From: a virus
Length of the DNA stretch: 64,000 bases
Direction: 5' to 3' (one strand)
IMG/VR virus record: IMGVR_UViG_3300032245_000795
Location: 32,001 to 96,000 of that record
The position numbers were made by a program, and so were the translations under genes. Positions 28,408-38,743 of the stretch are shown here, one piece after another. Each line of letters opens with the position of its first letter. The first letter of the stretch is position 1. The notes beneath the pieces are model-generated. The model ran no database searches and had not been told where the DNA came from. It saw only the letters and a program-made list of their open reading frames with translations.

Positions 28408-29066
28408 TGGCAACCAATGTATATATGGCAGGTCGTAAAAAATATCAAAGACCTCAAGGACTTCTCTTTGCAGACAACCAGGGGATAAAGGTAGACGGAT
28501 TTCATATCCCAGAAGGAAACGAAATAGGGTCATTAGCAGCCTCTGCAGAGGGATCTGGAGAGTTTTTAATACTCTCTGATGATAATAGGTCGCCAATAGA
28601 CTTTAGTACCACCAGAATTGAAAAAAGGGAGAGAATGATCAATGGTCGTATGAGGTCATATCATATTGCAGATAAACTACAAATCAATGTTTCCTGGGAT
28701 ATGTTACCATCAAGAGCGTATGATACATATGCTAGGTTTGATTCTAATGGACAGCCAAACTTAGTAAAGAATATAAATACTAGACCAACCCCTTTAGAGT
28801 TTACAACAGATGGTGGAGCAGGAGGAGTAGAACTGCTTGATTGGTATAAAAACCATAAAGGATCTTTTTGGGTTTATCTTGCTTATGATAAGTACACTAA
28901 TTTTAATAATGATATACAAACCACACAAGATGATAGATTTAAAAATATAAACAAATATAATGAAGTCATTGAGGTTTTCTTTGCAGACTTCAACTATTCT
29001 GTACAAAAAAGAAGTGGCTTAAACTTTGATTTTTGGAATGTGTCTTTAACACTGGAAGAGGCATAA
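28407..29066 (+). CDS. minor tail protein (distal-tail position)
   Basis: Immediately after the TMP; RERMINGRMRSYHIADK..VSWDMLPS and WNVSLTLEE. Confidence 0.65.
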   Translation: MATNVYMAGRKKYQRPQGLLFADNQGIKVDGFHIPEGNEIGSLAASAEGSGEFLILSDDNRSPIDFSTTRIEKRERMINGRMRSYHIADKLQINVSWDMLPSRAYDTYARFDSNGQPNLVKNINTRPTPLEFTTDGGAGGVELLDWYKNHKGSFWVYLAYDKYTNFNNDIQTTQDDRFKNINKYNEVIEVFFADFNYSVQKRSGLNFDFWNVSLTLEEA

Positions 29067-32000
29067 TGTTTCAAGACAAAGATTTATTAAATCATATAGA
29101 AACAAGTTCGTCTATTAGCACAAAATCTTTAGTTGTTCTTGAATGGAATATGAATATTGCTACAAATATATTAGAACTTGGAAACTATAGATATCGTCCA
29201 AATAATTCCGAGTCTATATACAGAACCATTCCTAATACTTTTGTTAAAGAAACTAAAACATCTTCTCCCGCATTTTATTATGGAGCAACAGATGCAGATG
29301 TTCTTGTTGATGGAGGATTTGAAGACAATGATACTCCAGTATTTTTTTCTTCTAATAAAGATAAATTAAAAATGTTATACTCTCTTGAAGATTGTTTAAA
29401 ATCTTTTAGACCAAGATCTGGGATTAATAAAGCAACTTTTCTTAATGGTAAGTTTTTACACAGCCCAAATATAAATATGGCAAGAAGACCAAGATATTAT
29501 ATGGCAGATAAAAAAGATCCATTTAAATATTGGACATCTTTTAGAACAGAGTCTGGAATAGAGTATGGAGTTTCTAATAAAACTATAAATGGAAAGCATG
29601 CAATTGAAGACACTGCTCCATTTGTTGTTTATAAGGAAAAGGTTCCAGCAAATAGAATTGTTGTAAAGATGCAAACTAATGTTGGAGATTTTAACTCTGG
29701 TACATATGCAAACAATAGCGAATCTTTTTTAGACCCATATTTTGGAGAATCAAATCAAACTACTCCAGAAAAATGGAAAATACAAGTTTTAAAAAATAAC
29801 AGTTGGTCAGATGCAATATCTTTTTCTGGTCAAGAAAAAAGAAAAAACGGAAGTTCTATCATAGGCTCCGATGGTTATTTTGAATTATCTTATGGCTTGG
29901 TTGTCCCAAAAATATACTCAGATATTTTTAATGATTGCGGAGAACTTTCTTCATCAAGCCTTATACCAGAGTTTGGAAATAAAGAAGGTGACGCTTTTTT
30001 AATTATTGAAAATTCTGAACAGGTTGGATCATATCATATATGGTATAACCAAGAATGGAAAACATTTACTCCAAATTATTCATGGCAATTTAAAGAATCA
30101 GATGTTGAAAGTTCAGCGAGTTTTGTTACTGAATTAAGTAATCCAGCATCGTATATGTATAATGGAGCAAAGAAGTATAAAGAATTTGAATATATTTCTG
30201 GAATAAGAATTGTTATTGATACCATGAAAAAGTTTGACTCTACTTTTGATTTGATAGAATTTTCTCCAAGGCTTGCAGCAGATCTTTCTGATATGGTAGA
30301 GTCATTCTCTATAAACAAAAGCGCTTCAGATCTTGGAGTTAGTGGAATGCCAGTTGGACAACTTCTTGCATCTACAGGAGAACTTTCACTTTTTGATTTT
30401 GAAGACTCATTTAATCCTTTAAATAAAAATAGTATTATATCTGGATATGTTTTAAAAAATATTCAGGTAAAGATATACGAAATATTAAAAAATAGTTTAA
30501 ATGTAAACTACTATGTTCCAATTAAGACAATGTATTCAGATGGATTCCCCAAGGTAGATAGCCAGTCTAAAAAGGTTGGATTAACACTAAGAGATCTCTA
30601 CTTGTATTTTGAGTCACAAACAGCACCAGAAATTTTGATGACTAACGTATCTCTAAGTGTTGCAGTTTCAATACTGCTAGATTCAATTGGCTTTTCTAAT
30701 TATATTTTTAAGAGGGTAGAGGGTGAATCTGAAATTGTTATTCCATACTTCTTTATTCCTCCAGACAAGAGCGTTGCCCAGATATTAGAAGATCTAGCCC
30801 TATCTACGCAAACTGCAATGTTCTTTGATGAATACAATAACTTTGTTATGATGAGCAAAGATTATATGATGCCTACAAAAACTCAAAGACCTACAGACCT
30901 AACTCTTTATGGATCTTTAGACTCTGAAAATTTTGAGGTAGTTAAAAATAAAAATACAAAAGATAAACTTTCAAATATTATAGAAGTTAATTCACAAGAT
31001 AATCAAGTATATAATGATGGGAAAATATCTTATACAACAAGAAGCATGCAAAGAAGCGTAGGAACAATAAGAGAAGCATCACTTGTTGACAATGAAAAAT
31101 CTTGGATATATAAGCCAGTTCTTCTTTGGGAGGTTCAAGGTACAGAAAACACAAAGTCAATTAACTCAGAAGTTAATGATATGTCAAGTTATGCACTTGC
31201 AGCAATTCCACTAAACTCTAATTTATCTTCTAACCCTCCAAGCGTATCTGCTGGTAGGGTAATTGACAACATAATAGATCTTGGAGAGGCAGTCTATTGG
31301 GTAACAAGATACAATGGATACTTTTACTCTAATGGAGAAATAATAAAATATGATGCTGTTGAGTATAACGTAGCAGGGTCTAACGATGTTTGGATAAACA
31401 GCGTTCAAGAATATGACAAGTATTTTTCATCACTACCATTCAATGGAAAAATTTATCCGACTGGAAGAGTAAGAATTTATTCTGAGCCAAACTATGAAGA
31501 TATTAATGGTCTTAGCAAATTAAAAAATGGAGCGGTAGCAAAACATGGAAGAGGTCAGTTTGGAACTCCTATTGTTAGTCACTCAGCAGGAATAGATCCT
31601 TATTGGTCAAACAATGATAATCTTCGTGGATGTAATATGCAGTCTAAATATTTATTTAAGAAAGATCAAACCCTGCCTACAACATCTATTGGGCCTGCTG
31701 GAACAAAGGTTACAGATATTTTATTATCAAATGTCTTTGCTCAAAATTCATCAAGAAATGGAATTATCAAAAATATGCTTTCATCAAAGTATATCTCAGA
31801 GTCTGACATTAACAAGATGATGGTTACACAAACTGGAGCGGTTCAGGCTTCTGCCTTGGTTATAAATGGCCCAGGGTTTAAAACAACAGAACCAGCAGCA
31901 GACTTTATTTCTTATGTATATAAGCCATTGCTAAATAGTTTTAAACATTTTGGAACAAGAGTTAGAATTGTAGGTAAAATTGATAATGATCCTCAGCGTG

Positions 32001-33367
32001 GCCAAACTGCAGTCGGAGCAACAGATCTTTTTATTGTTCCAGGAACAACTGCAGACAAAGATATAAAGATATCTGGTGGCTCTGGAGGCCTTGGAGTTAT
32101 GGTTAATCCAGAAACAAATAATGGCTACTACTTTGAAATTATTGCTTTGGGTGCAACAAGTTTAAATACAAAAGAAAGAGAAAATGTTAACAACGTTATT
32201 TTTTACAAAATAGAACAAGGAGAGAATCAGAGTGCAGTTCCAATTACACTATATCAGGGACTTGCTAATATACTTGTAGATGACGGAAAATTCACTGGCA
32301 AGTATAGAATGTCAGCAGAGCAAAACCCAACAGTCTATGACCTTTCTGTAGAGTATCAGGATGTCGGCTCTAAAAGAAAGTTCTTTTTATATATAAATGG
32401 AAATTTAATTGCTACTGTTTTTGATGATAAACCACTTCCAGCATATAATAATCTTGCACTTTTTGTCAGAGGGTCTTCTAGAGTTATGTTTGAAAATGTT
32501 TATGCTTTGGCAAACAACTACTCAGAGAATACATCATTTAAACTAAACACGCCAATATCAAATGCTTTTGGCCAAGGTGAAATAAATGCAAACGAATCAT
32601 TAAGAAAATATGCAATGAGTGGAGCAGTACAATCATCATATCTATCAGGAATAAGTTCTTCAGAACCAACCAAGTTTAGTATGTACTTTGATGAATTTGG
32701 AACAATAATGCGAGAGGCTGCATCATTTGATTTTAAATATGACATTGCTTATCCAGCATTGTATGCAACAATTGCACCAACTTTTAATAGTATAAAAGGG
32801 TATGTTATATCTGGATTTAAAGCAGGATCATACGGGGCAGAATTTTTAGTCTTTAATGCCACAGATAGAATTCTTAACTTAGATGAAACTAGCGGAAACT
32901 ATTTAAGAATACAAGGTGTAACATTTACACAGCAATCATCAAATACATATAGTGTAGATGATTATTTCTTAAAAAATAGCAATCTTTCAGATCCACAGTT
33001 TGAAGAAACTGGACTGATAACCTCTGTAAATAAAGTTGCAAGAAATTATCAAGACATAAAGACAAGTAGAATGCTTTATGGCAAACAGGATTTTTCTTTA
33101 GATGTTCAATATATTCAGTCACAAGATGATGCAGAAAATTTAATGTCTTGGCTAGTCAATAAAATAACAAAGCCAAGAAAATCTTTAGGTCTTAAAATAT
33201 TTGCAAACCCAATGATTCAACTTGGAGACATTGTTTCTATAGACTATGCTGAAAATGGTATTGAAAAGGTTGCATCAAAAGATTCCAGATTTGTTGTGTA
33301 TAATATAGAATACTCTAAAACAGTTAATGGTCCAGAAATGTCAATATTTGTAAGCGAGGTAGTATAG
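29066..33367 (+). CDS. large minor tail / baseplate hub (Tal-like) protein
   Basis: ATG overlaps the upstream stop; LEDLALSTQTAMFFDEYNNF and FANPMIQLGDIVSI are hub-like motifs. Confidence 0.7.
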   Translation: MFQDKDLLNHIETSSSISTKSLVVLEWNMNIATNILELGNYRYRPNNSESIYRTIPNTFVKETKTSSPAFYYGATDADVLVDGGFEDNDTPVFFSSNKDKLKMLYSLEDCLKSFRPRSGINKATFLNGKFLHSPNINMARRPRYYMADKKDPFKYWTSFRTESGIEYGVSNKTINGKHAIEDTAPFVVYKEKVPANRIVVKMQTNVGDFNSGTYANNSESFLDPYFGESNQTTPEKWKIQVLKNNSWSDAISFSGQEKRKNGSSIIGSDGYFELSYGLVVPKIYSDIFNDCGELSSSSLIPEFGNKEGDAFLIIENSEQVGSYHIWYNQEWKTFTPNYSWQFKESDVESSASFVTELSNPASYMYNGAKKYKEFEYISGIRIVIDTMKKFDSTFDLIEFSPRLAADLSDMVESFSINKSASDLGVSGMPVGQLLASTGELSLFDFEDSFNPLNKNSIISGYVLKNIQVKIYEILKNSLNVNYYVPIKTMYSDGFPKVDSQSKKVGLTLRDLYLYFESQTAPEILMTNVSLSVAVSILLDSIGFSNYIFKRVEGESEIVIPYFFIPPDKSVAQILEDLALSTQTAMFFDEYNNFVMMSKDYMMPTKTQRPTDLTLYGSLDSENFEVVKNKNTKDKLSNIIEVNSQDNQVYNDGKISYTTRSMQRSVGTIREASLVDNEKSWIYKPVLLWEVQGTENTKSINSEVNDMSSYALAAIPLNSNLSSNPPSVSAGRVIDNIIDLGEAVYWVTRYNGYFYSNGEIIKYDAVEYNVAGSNDVWINSVQEYDKYFSSLPFNGKIYPTGRVRIYSEPNYEDINGLSKLKNGAVAKHGRGQFGTPIVSHSAGIDPYWSNNDNLRGCNMQSKYLFKKDQTLPTTSIGPAGTKVTDILLSNVFAQNSSRNGIIKNMLSSKYISESDINKMMVTQTGAVQASALVINGPGFKTTEPAADFISYVYKPLLNSFKHFGTRVRIVGKIDNDPQRGQTAVGATDLFIVPGTTADKDIKISGGSGGLGVMVNPETNNGYYFEIIALGATSLNTKERENVNNVIFYKIEQGENQSAVPITLYQGLANILVDDGKFTGKYRMSAEQNPTVYDLSVEYQDVGSKRKFFLYINGNLIATVFDDKPLPAYNNLALFVRGSSRVMFENVYALANNYSENTSFKLNTPISNAFGQGEINANESLRKYAMSGAVQSSYLSGISSSEPTKFSMYFDEFGTIMREAASFDFKYDIAYPALYATIAPTFNSIKGYVISGFKAGSYGAEFLVFNATDRILNLDETSGNYLRIQGVTFTQQSSNTYSVDDYFLKNSNLSDPQFEETGLITSVNKVARNYQDIKTSRMLYGKQDFSLDVQYIQSQDDAENLMSWLVNKITKPRKSLGLKIFANPMIQLGDIVSIDYAENGIEKVASKDSRFVVYNIEYSKTVNGPEMSIFVSEVV

Positions 33368-33864
33368 TGGCAGTTGACGCAACAGCAAATCAGGCTACAG
33401 CAACACAAAAGATTGATCCAAAAGAAGCAATAAAGGTTGCATCACCATCTTTGCTTCAATTAAGCAATCCTCCTTTGTCTAAAGAGGCTATGGTTGAGAT
33501 TGGTTTTCAGGACATTGGAGGCCATGAATTAATAAATATATCAAGATCTGATGCAATAAATGGTCAGGACATTATTTATAGCATTGTCAAAAACTTAAAA
33601 AATGTATTACTTGAATACAACTCTAATAATATTATTAAACTTCAGGGAACATCAGACAATTATTTTAAAAATTTTCCAATAAGACTTGAGCAAAAGTTGC
33701 CAAAAGATGGCACAGGACCTAATAAAGAGATAGTGTATATTGAAGAATCTACAGGAAACCTTATAATAAACTTAGTAAACCTTGAAAAAGGAGAGCAAGT
33801 AGATATAGAAATAATCAACCAGGGAGAAACTTTTGATGATACAATTAGGGTTAGTGAGGTGTAG
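33367..33864 (+). CDS. minor tail protein (hypothetical)
   Basis: Coupled ORF (GTG start) in the tail module. Confidence 0.55.
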   Translation: MAVDATANQATATQKIDPKEAIKVASPSLLQLSNPPLSKEAMVEIGFQDIGGHELINISRSDAINGQDIIYSIVKNLKNVLLEYNSNNIIKLQGTSDNYFKNFPIRLEQKLPKDGTGPNKEIVYIEESTGNLIINLVNLEKGEQVDIEIINQGETFDDTIRVSEV

Positions 33865-33866
33865 AT

Positions 33867-35024
33867 ATGATAACAAGTGACGGACAAAAAATTTTAGCAA
33901 AGTATCTTGTGGGGCAGGCCCCTGCTTATGCTTCATACATTGCTATTGGCTGCGGAGCAAAGCCTGTTGCTTCAGACCATATTTTTTCTACTGAGGAAAA
34001 TAACTCTATAAAAAATAAAACAAATTTAGATTTTGAAATGTTTCGTGTACCAATAACATCAAGAGGGTATGTTAATGAGGACAATGTTAATAAGATTGTT
34101 TTTACAGCAGAACTTCCAACATCAGAAAGATATGAAATAACAGAGGTAGGTCTTTGGTCGGCAGGTTCAAATCCAACAGCAGGATCAAATGATAGTCGAA
34201 CAATTTTTTCATTCAGCGATGCTGAAAATTGGCAATATCATGGAGCGGGTCAACCAGCCTCAATCCCATCCTACGAAGAGGAACTACACTCAGGAAATAA
34301 TGTTATAAATAAAACAGAAATTGCTTTTCAAACAAATGCAGATAATCCAATCTTTACTACTACAAAACGTGAGGCAAGAGGAGAAAGATGTAGATTTTTA
34401 AATAATATGATTGCTATACGTGGAGACATGTCAACGATTAGCGTTGAACAAAATGGAAAACTTCAAATTGACCCAGCGTCTAAGCATATACATCTAACAG
34501 GAGCATCGTTAGATTTTGATAAGGCATCGCCTAAAGATGAGTTAAGACTAGCATTTTCTTTAATAAATAAAGATGGCCAGTCTGATGTCCAGCCAGATGA
34601 AATAAGAATAATGTTAGAGTTTGCTCAAGGAGATCTTCATAACACTGGCCTTGATGCAACTAACACTAGCCAGTATGCAAGATTTGAAACAGTTATAAAA
34701 GATTCTGATTTAGATGTAGACTTTGCTACAGGAAGATATTTTGTATCTGTTAAAAAGTTTGAAGAGTTAATTAAGAGTGATGGATTTACTTGGAATGTTG
34801 TTGATGTAGTAAAATTTTATGTATCAGTAATAAAAGATGAAGTAGTCTCTGACGATTATTATGTTTGTCTTGATGCCTTGAGATTAGAAAATACAACATC
34901 TTCAAACCCTCTTTATGGACTAACTGGGTACTCAGTTATTAAAAACACAAACTCAAAACCAATTCTAAAGGCTCCAAATAGCACAAATCACATTGAGTTT
35001 AGATTTGGTCTGGATGTTTTGTAA
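33867..35024 (+). CDS. minor tail/baseplate protein
   Basis: N-terminal MITSDG..ILAKYL..YIAIGCG...EITEVGLW, typical of tail-collar/baseplate proteins. Confidence 0.6.
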   Translation: MITSDGQKILAKYLVGQAPAYASYIAIGCGAKPVASDHIFSTEENNSIKNKTNLDFEMFRVPITSRGYVNEDNVNKIVFTAELPTSERYEITEVGLWSAGSNPTAGSNDSRTIFSFSDAENWQYHGAGQPASIPSYEEELHSGNNVINKTEIAFQTNADNPIFTTTKREARGERCRFLNNMIAIRGDMSTISVEQNGKLQIDPASKHIHLTGASLDFDKASPKDELRLAFSLINKDGQSDVQPDEIRIMLEFAQGDLHNTGLDATNTSQYARFETVIKDSDLDVDFATGRYFVSVKKFEELIKSDGFTWNVVDVVKFYVSVIKDEVVSDDYYVCLDALRLENTTSSNPLYGLTGYSVIKNTNSKPILKAPNSTNHIEFRFGLDVL

Positions 35025-35506
35025 TGGCTGACCAAGGAATCAAAAAGGCTATAATTAAAAAAGAAGATTTTCCACCATTGAACGGAGAATCACAAAACTA
35101 TTTAGTTAGATATCGTGTGGTATCAGAAGACAAAAATAGAACATCTCATTGGTCTCAATACTACGAGGTTAATGTTGTTCCTGAGATAGATAGAGAAAGA
35201 ATTGTGGATGGAGAAGCATCGCCAGAGCCCTGGATTTCACACTCTTTGGTATTAAGTGAAAATAAACAAATAATTAATGTTGTTTGGACTCCTCCAATAA
35301 ACCTAAAGTCTGATTTTGATTTATATGTTAAATGGGGTGCAGATGATTTTAAATATGTTGCGTCTATTCAAACATCGTCATACACTATTCAGACTTTATC
35401 AGGATATGCTACAGTTGAGTTTGCTCTTCAAGTTCCAACATTTCCAAAAAAGAGATTTACCAAGGCTACTCTTTTTGAGTCTGATCCATTAAGCCTAGTG
35501 GTATAA
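35024..35506 (+). CDS. minor tail protein, FN3-like
   Basis: YLVRYRVVSEDKNRTSHWS and NVVWTPP are FN3-like strands. Confidence 0.5.
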   Translation: MADQGIKKAIIKKEDFPPLNGESQNYLVRYRVVSEDKNRTSHWSQYYEVNVVPEIDRERIVDGEASPEPWISHSLVLSENKQIINVVWTPPINLKSDFDLYVKWGADDFKYVASIQTSSYTIQTLSGYATVEFALQVPTFPKKRFTKATLFESDPLSLVV

Positions 35507-35507
35507 T
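35499..35507 (+). promoter_or_regulatory. extended -10 promoter (TGGTATAAT), leaderless start at 35514
   Basis: Exactly 7 nt before the ATG; no SD. Confidence 0.6.
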
Positions 35508-35513
35508 AGTATT

Positions 35514-35957
35514 ATGGCACAAATTCCTCTACCTGAGCGTGGTCAACCACTAGATGTAGCATATATTTCTAGACTGGCTCAAGAAATAAATAATTTATCA
35601 AGAGATGTTTCAACAGCAAGGTATGATTATGTAACTATTGATACAAAAGATTCTGGTCAGCAAAATAAAAAAATGTCAGAAGTTAGAGTTTTAGGAGTTA
35701 TTAAAAAGTTACCAGCAGGTAAAACAGTTACCGCTGCAGAAGAAATTGGTTTTACTCATTCTTTTAATGGTGAGTTTAAGTTTGCTCCAATTGTAACTGC
35801 TACAGCAATAAATGTAGGAGGCGGCACTGCTGGAGGAAATGTTACTCTAATATTAAAAGACCCAACAACTTCTGGAGTTGAAGGAACTGTAAGATTTAAT
35901 GAATCTGGAACTGCTACCGTAAATGTTAACCTTATTATTATTGGCGTACCTAACTAA
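35514..35957 (+). CDS. tail tip/fibre-like protein (H-type lectin-like C-terminus)
   Basis: F..EFKFAPIVTAT ... VNLIIIG pattern seen at the C-terminus of fibre proteins. Confidence 0.5.
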   Translation: MAQIPLPERGQPLDVAYISRLAQEINNLSRDVSTARYDYVTIDTKDSGQQNKKMSEVRVLGVIKKLPAGKTVTAAEEIGFTHSFNGEFKFAPIVTATAINVGGGTAGGNVTLILKDPTTSGVEGTVRFNESGTATVNVNLIIIGVPN

Positions 35958-36148
35958 TGCTGAAATGTAAAAAATGTAATGGAAGAATGTTTCTTGATAG
36001 ACAATACAGTACCGTTGGTCACCTTGAAACATATTGTATGGCTTGCGGATCAAGAGATTTTTTTAATCCACCAACAAGTTCTGCGGAGGGTTTATGGCTA
36101 TTAAAAAAGGAAGTATCGAGAGCGAAGGCTACAATGTCCTACCTGTAA
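35957..36148 (+). CDS. small zinc-ribbon protein
   Basis: CKKC...CMAC. Confidence 0.65.
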   Translation: MLKCKKCNGRMFLDRQYSTVGHLETYCMACGSRDFFNPPTSSAEGLWLLKKEVSRAKATMSYL

Positions 36149-36636
36149 TACCAGGAAATAAAAAAGTTTGGTTTTTAAATGGAGACCTTGTAAGAATTCA
36201 CCATTTAAATAAATCTAATGGGATTATGTCTGTTTATAATATTACAAAAGATCAAATTGAAAGTTGTTTAATTAGTGACTTTAAAAAGAAACGTGAAAGA
36301 GCATACACCGTTAAAGAGACTGCTGATTTAGTTAATCGTCATAAAAAGTATATGCCATCACTAATGAGACGAGGAGTCATTCCTTTCCCCACGGGATCTC
36401 AAAAAGGTGGAGCAAGAGGATTTCAAGTAAGATCATATTACTCAGAATCCCAAGTAAGAGAGATACGTGATATACTTGCTACATACCATATTGGTAGACC
36501 AAGAAAAGATAATTTAATAACAAACGATATCACCCCAAGCAAACAAGAGTTGACACGAAGAATGGGCGATGGTATACTTACATATACGAGAACTGAAGAT
36601 GGACGATTCATTCCTATCTGGTCTGAATCTATTTAA
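36094..36636 (+). CDS. MerR/excisionase-like HTH DNA-binding protein
   Basis: AYTVKETADLVNRH...RRGVIP...RSYYSESQV. Confidence 0.65.
   Translation: MAIKKGSIESEGYNVLPVIPGNKKVWFLNGDLVRIHHLNKSNGIMSVYNITKDQIESCLISDFKKKRERAYTVKETADLVNRHKKYMPSLMRRGVIPFPTGSQKGGARGFQVRSYYSESQVREIRDILATYHIGRPRKDNLITNDITPSKQELTRRMGDGILTYTRTEDGRFIPIWSESI
36550..36578 (+). promoter_or_regulatory. sigma70-type promoter inside the HTH gene, driving the replication genes
   Basis: TTGACA-N17-TATACT with an extended TG. Confidence 0.7.
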
Positions 36637-36649
36637 CGAAGGGTATGAA

Positions 36650-36856
36650 ATGGAAAACGAAGACACAAAGGTATCTGTCACACTTGGATACACACTTAAC
36701 CTTGGCAACTTTCAATCTCTAAGACTTGATCTTGGTGTTGTAGATTCACGCAAAAATGGAGAGAATGTTAATCAAGCATTTGAGCGTGTGTATAAGTTTG
36801 TTGAAGATAAGTTAACTGAAAAGATTAACGAAGCAAAGTCTGAAATTAACGAGTAA
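36650..36856 (+). CDS. hypothetical protein
   Basis: VSVTLGYTLNLGNFQSLRLD; start placed at ATG 36650. Confidence 0.7.
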   Translation: MENEDTKVSVTLGYTLNLGNFQSLRLDLGVVDSRKNGENVNQAFERVYKFVEDKLTEKINEAKSEINE

Positions 36857-37164
36857 TGGCAGAACGCAAAGACCGTATGGCTTTGCTTTCAAGATACAGC
36901 AAGTATCATACCGCAAGGTACGAGTCAAAGCCATCACTTAATTTAAATGTAGAACAATGGGCTTCAGATGGGCTTGTCGAGTCATACGGACTATCTGGCT
37001 GTTACGATATACTTGAGTATTACTTTTCGGTTTCAGAAAATCCTTCTTGGAATTACTTTGCATACAATGCAGAAAAGATTTTACAGGCACAAAAAGATAA
37101 AAAGAAAGATGATGAAGAGAGAGCAGAGCGTAGAAGAATGGCAAAGGAGTGGCTAAGTGAATAA
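36856..37164 (+). CDS. hypothetical protein upstream of the helicase gene
   Basis: Coupled ORF. Confidence 0.7.
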   Translation: MAERKDRMALLSRYSKYHTARYESKPSLNLNVEQWASDGLVESYGLSGCYDILEYYFSVSENPSWNYFAYNAEKILQAQKDKKKDDEERAERRRMAKEWLSE

Positions 37165-38377
37165 TACAGAGTCTAAACTAATTACTGCAGTTCTTCAAGA
37201 CAAACAGATCCATGTACTTCTACAGGCAAATATTGATAATCTTCTAAGAACTCACGGAGATATCTGGAACTTCATTAGACTATACTTTGAGAACAATAAA
37301 TCACTTCCTCCTGCAGAATTAGTTACAGAAAAGTTTAGAGACTTCTCACCAATAGCAAATGTTGGAGCAACTAAGCACCACCTTGAAGAGTTACAGGGTG
37401 AATACTTAAACGATAGTTTAAAGGACATATTAAGGTCTGCTGCAACTAATGTTCAAAACAATCAGGGCAATGTTGCATTAAATGATCTAATTACACAGAC
37501 ATCAGAGTTAAAGAAAAACACTTCAGCAATCCGTGACATTGATGTAACAGATCTTGAGTCAGCAATTGCTTATTTTGAAAATCTTAAAGTTCAGCAGGCA
37601 GCAGGTCATGTTGGAATAAAAACTAATCTTCCAGGTTTTGATAACTATCTTCCTTCTGGAATTATGCCAGGGCAGTTAGGAGTCTTCTTGGCATACCCAG
37701 GTATAGGAAAGTCATGGATGGCTTTATACTTTGCTGTACAGGCTTGGAAACAGGGTAAGACACCTCTTGTAATCTCACTTGAGATGTCAGAGACAGAAGT
37801 TCGTAATCGTGTATTTACAATTATGGGTGAAGGACTTTGGTCACACAGAAAGTTAAGTAACGGAGATGTAGAGTTAGATACTCTTAAGGCTTGGCATGAA
37901 AGACACTTAAAGGGCAAGCCAGAGTTTCACATTATTTCTAACGATCAAGGTGGAGAAATTAACCCATCGGTTCTTCGTGGAAAGATTGATCAATACAAGC
38001 CAGACTTTGTAATTGTAGACTACCTTCAGTTGATGGCTCCTAATCAAAAGTCCGATAATGAAACGGTACGAATGAAGAACCTTTCACGAGAACTTAAACT
38101 TATGGCTATTGGTGAAGAAGTACCTATCATTGCTATCTCATCTGCCACCCCAGACGATGTTAACGATCTTAGTGGGGTCCCTACCCTTGGGCAGACTGCT
38201 TGGTCAAGACAGATTGCCTATGATGCAGACTGGGTTATTGCTCTTGGTAGAGCCTCTAATAGCGACATCATTGAGTGTGCTTTTAGAAAGAATCGTAACG
38301 GATTTATGGGAGACTTCCTGGTACAGGTTGACTTTGACAAGGGATACTACAGGTATAAAGATTATGAAGATAAGTAG
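37157..38377 (+). CDS. dnaB: replicative DNA helicase, DnaB family
   Basis: Walker A AYPGIGKS, ISLEMS, VIVDYLQLM, SRELKLMA, KNRNG. Confidence 0.93.
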   Translation: MNNTESKLITAVLQDKQIHVLLQANIDNLLRTHGDIWNFIRLYFENNKSLPPAELVTEKFRDFSPIANVGATKHHLEELQGEYLNDSLKDILRSAATNVQNNQGNVALNDLITQTSELKKNTSAIRDIDVTDLESAIAYFENLKVQQAAGHVGIKTNLPGFDNYLPSGIMPGQLGVFLAYPGIGKSWMALYFAVQAWKQGKTPLVISLEMSETEVRNRVFTIMGEGLWSHRKLSNGDVELDTLKAWHERHLKGKPEFHIISNDQGGEINPSVLRGKIDQYKPDFVIVDYLQLMAPNQKSDNETVRMKNLSRELKLMAIGEEVPIIAISSATPDDVNDLSGVPTLGQTAWSRQIAYDADWVIALGRASNSDIIECAFRKNRNGFMGDFLVQVDFDKGYYRYKDYEDK

Positions 38378-38389
38378 TTATAATATGAT

Positions 38390-38743
38390 ATGTCGAAAAG
38401 TAAGGAAAATATTCCACCTACCTTCTATCATCATAAGCCTATCAAAAAGTTCTACCTTGATGGGGTTATACATGATGAGTCAGCACTTGGTAGGCTTAAA
38501 GCAGAATATGTCAGACTTCTTGAATCAGAGATGCGACTTTCTGGATATGTTCCAAGAATCGATATATTGCCAGACTTTACATTAGACTATAACCACAATA
38601 AAAAATATTTTGAATTTCAATTAACAGTACACGGAACATATACGGGGAGAAAACAAAGCGAATGGATAGCAGGAATAGACGGAAGCACAGCAATCTATAC
38701 ACAAAAGAGCAAATCAAAAGAGTTCTCACAGGAACAGGTGTAA
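38390..38743 (+). CDS. hypothetical protein
   Basis: 117-aa ORF preceded by TATAAT at 38379-38384. Confidence 0.7.
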   Translation: MSKSKENIPPTFYHHKPIKKFYLDGVIHDESALGRLKAEYVRLLESEMRLSGYVPRIDILPDFTLDYNHNKKYFEFQLTVHGTYTGRKQSEWIAGIDGSTAIYTQKSKSKEFSQEQV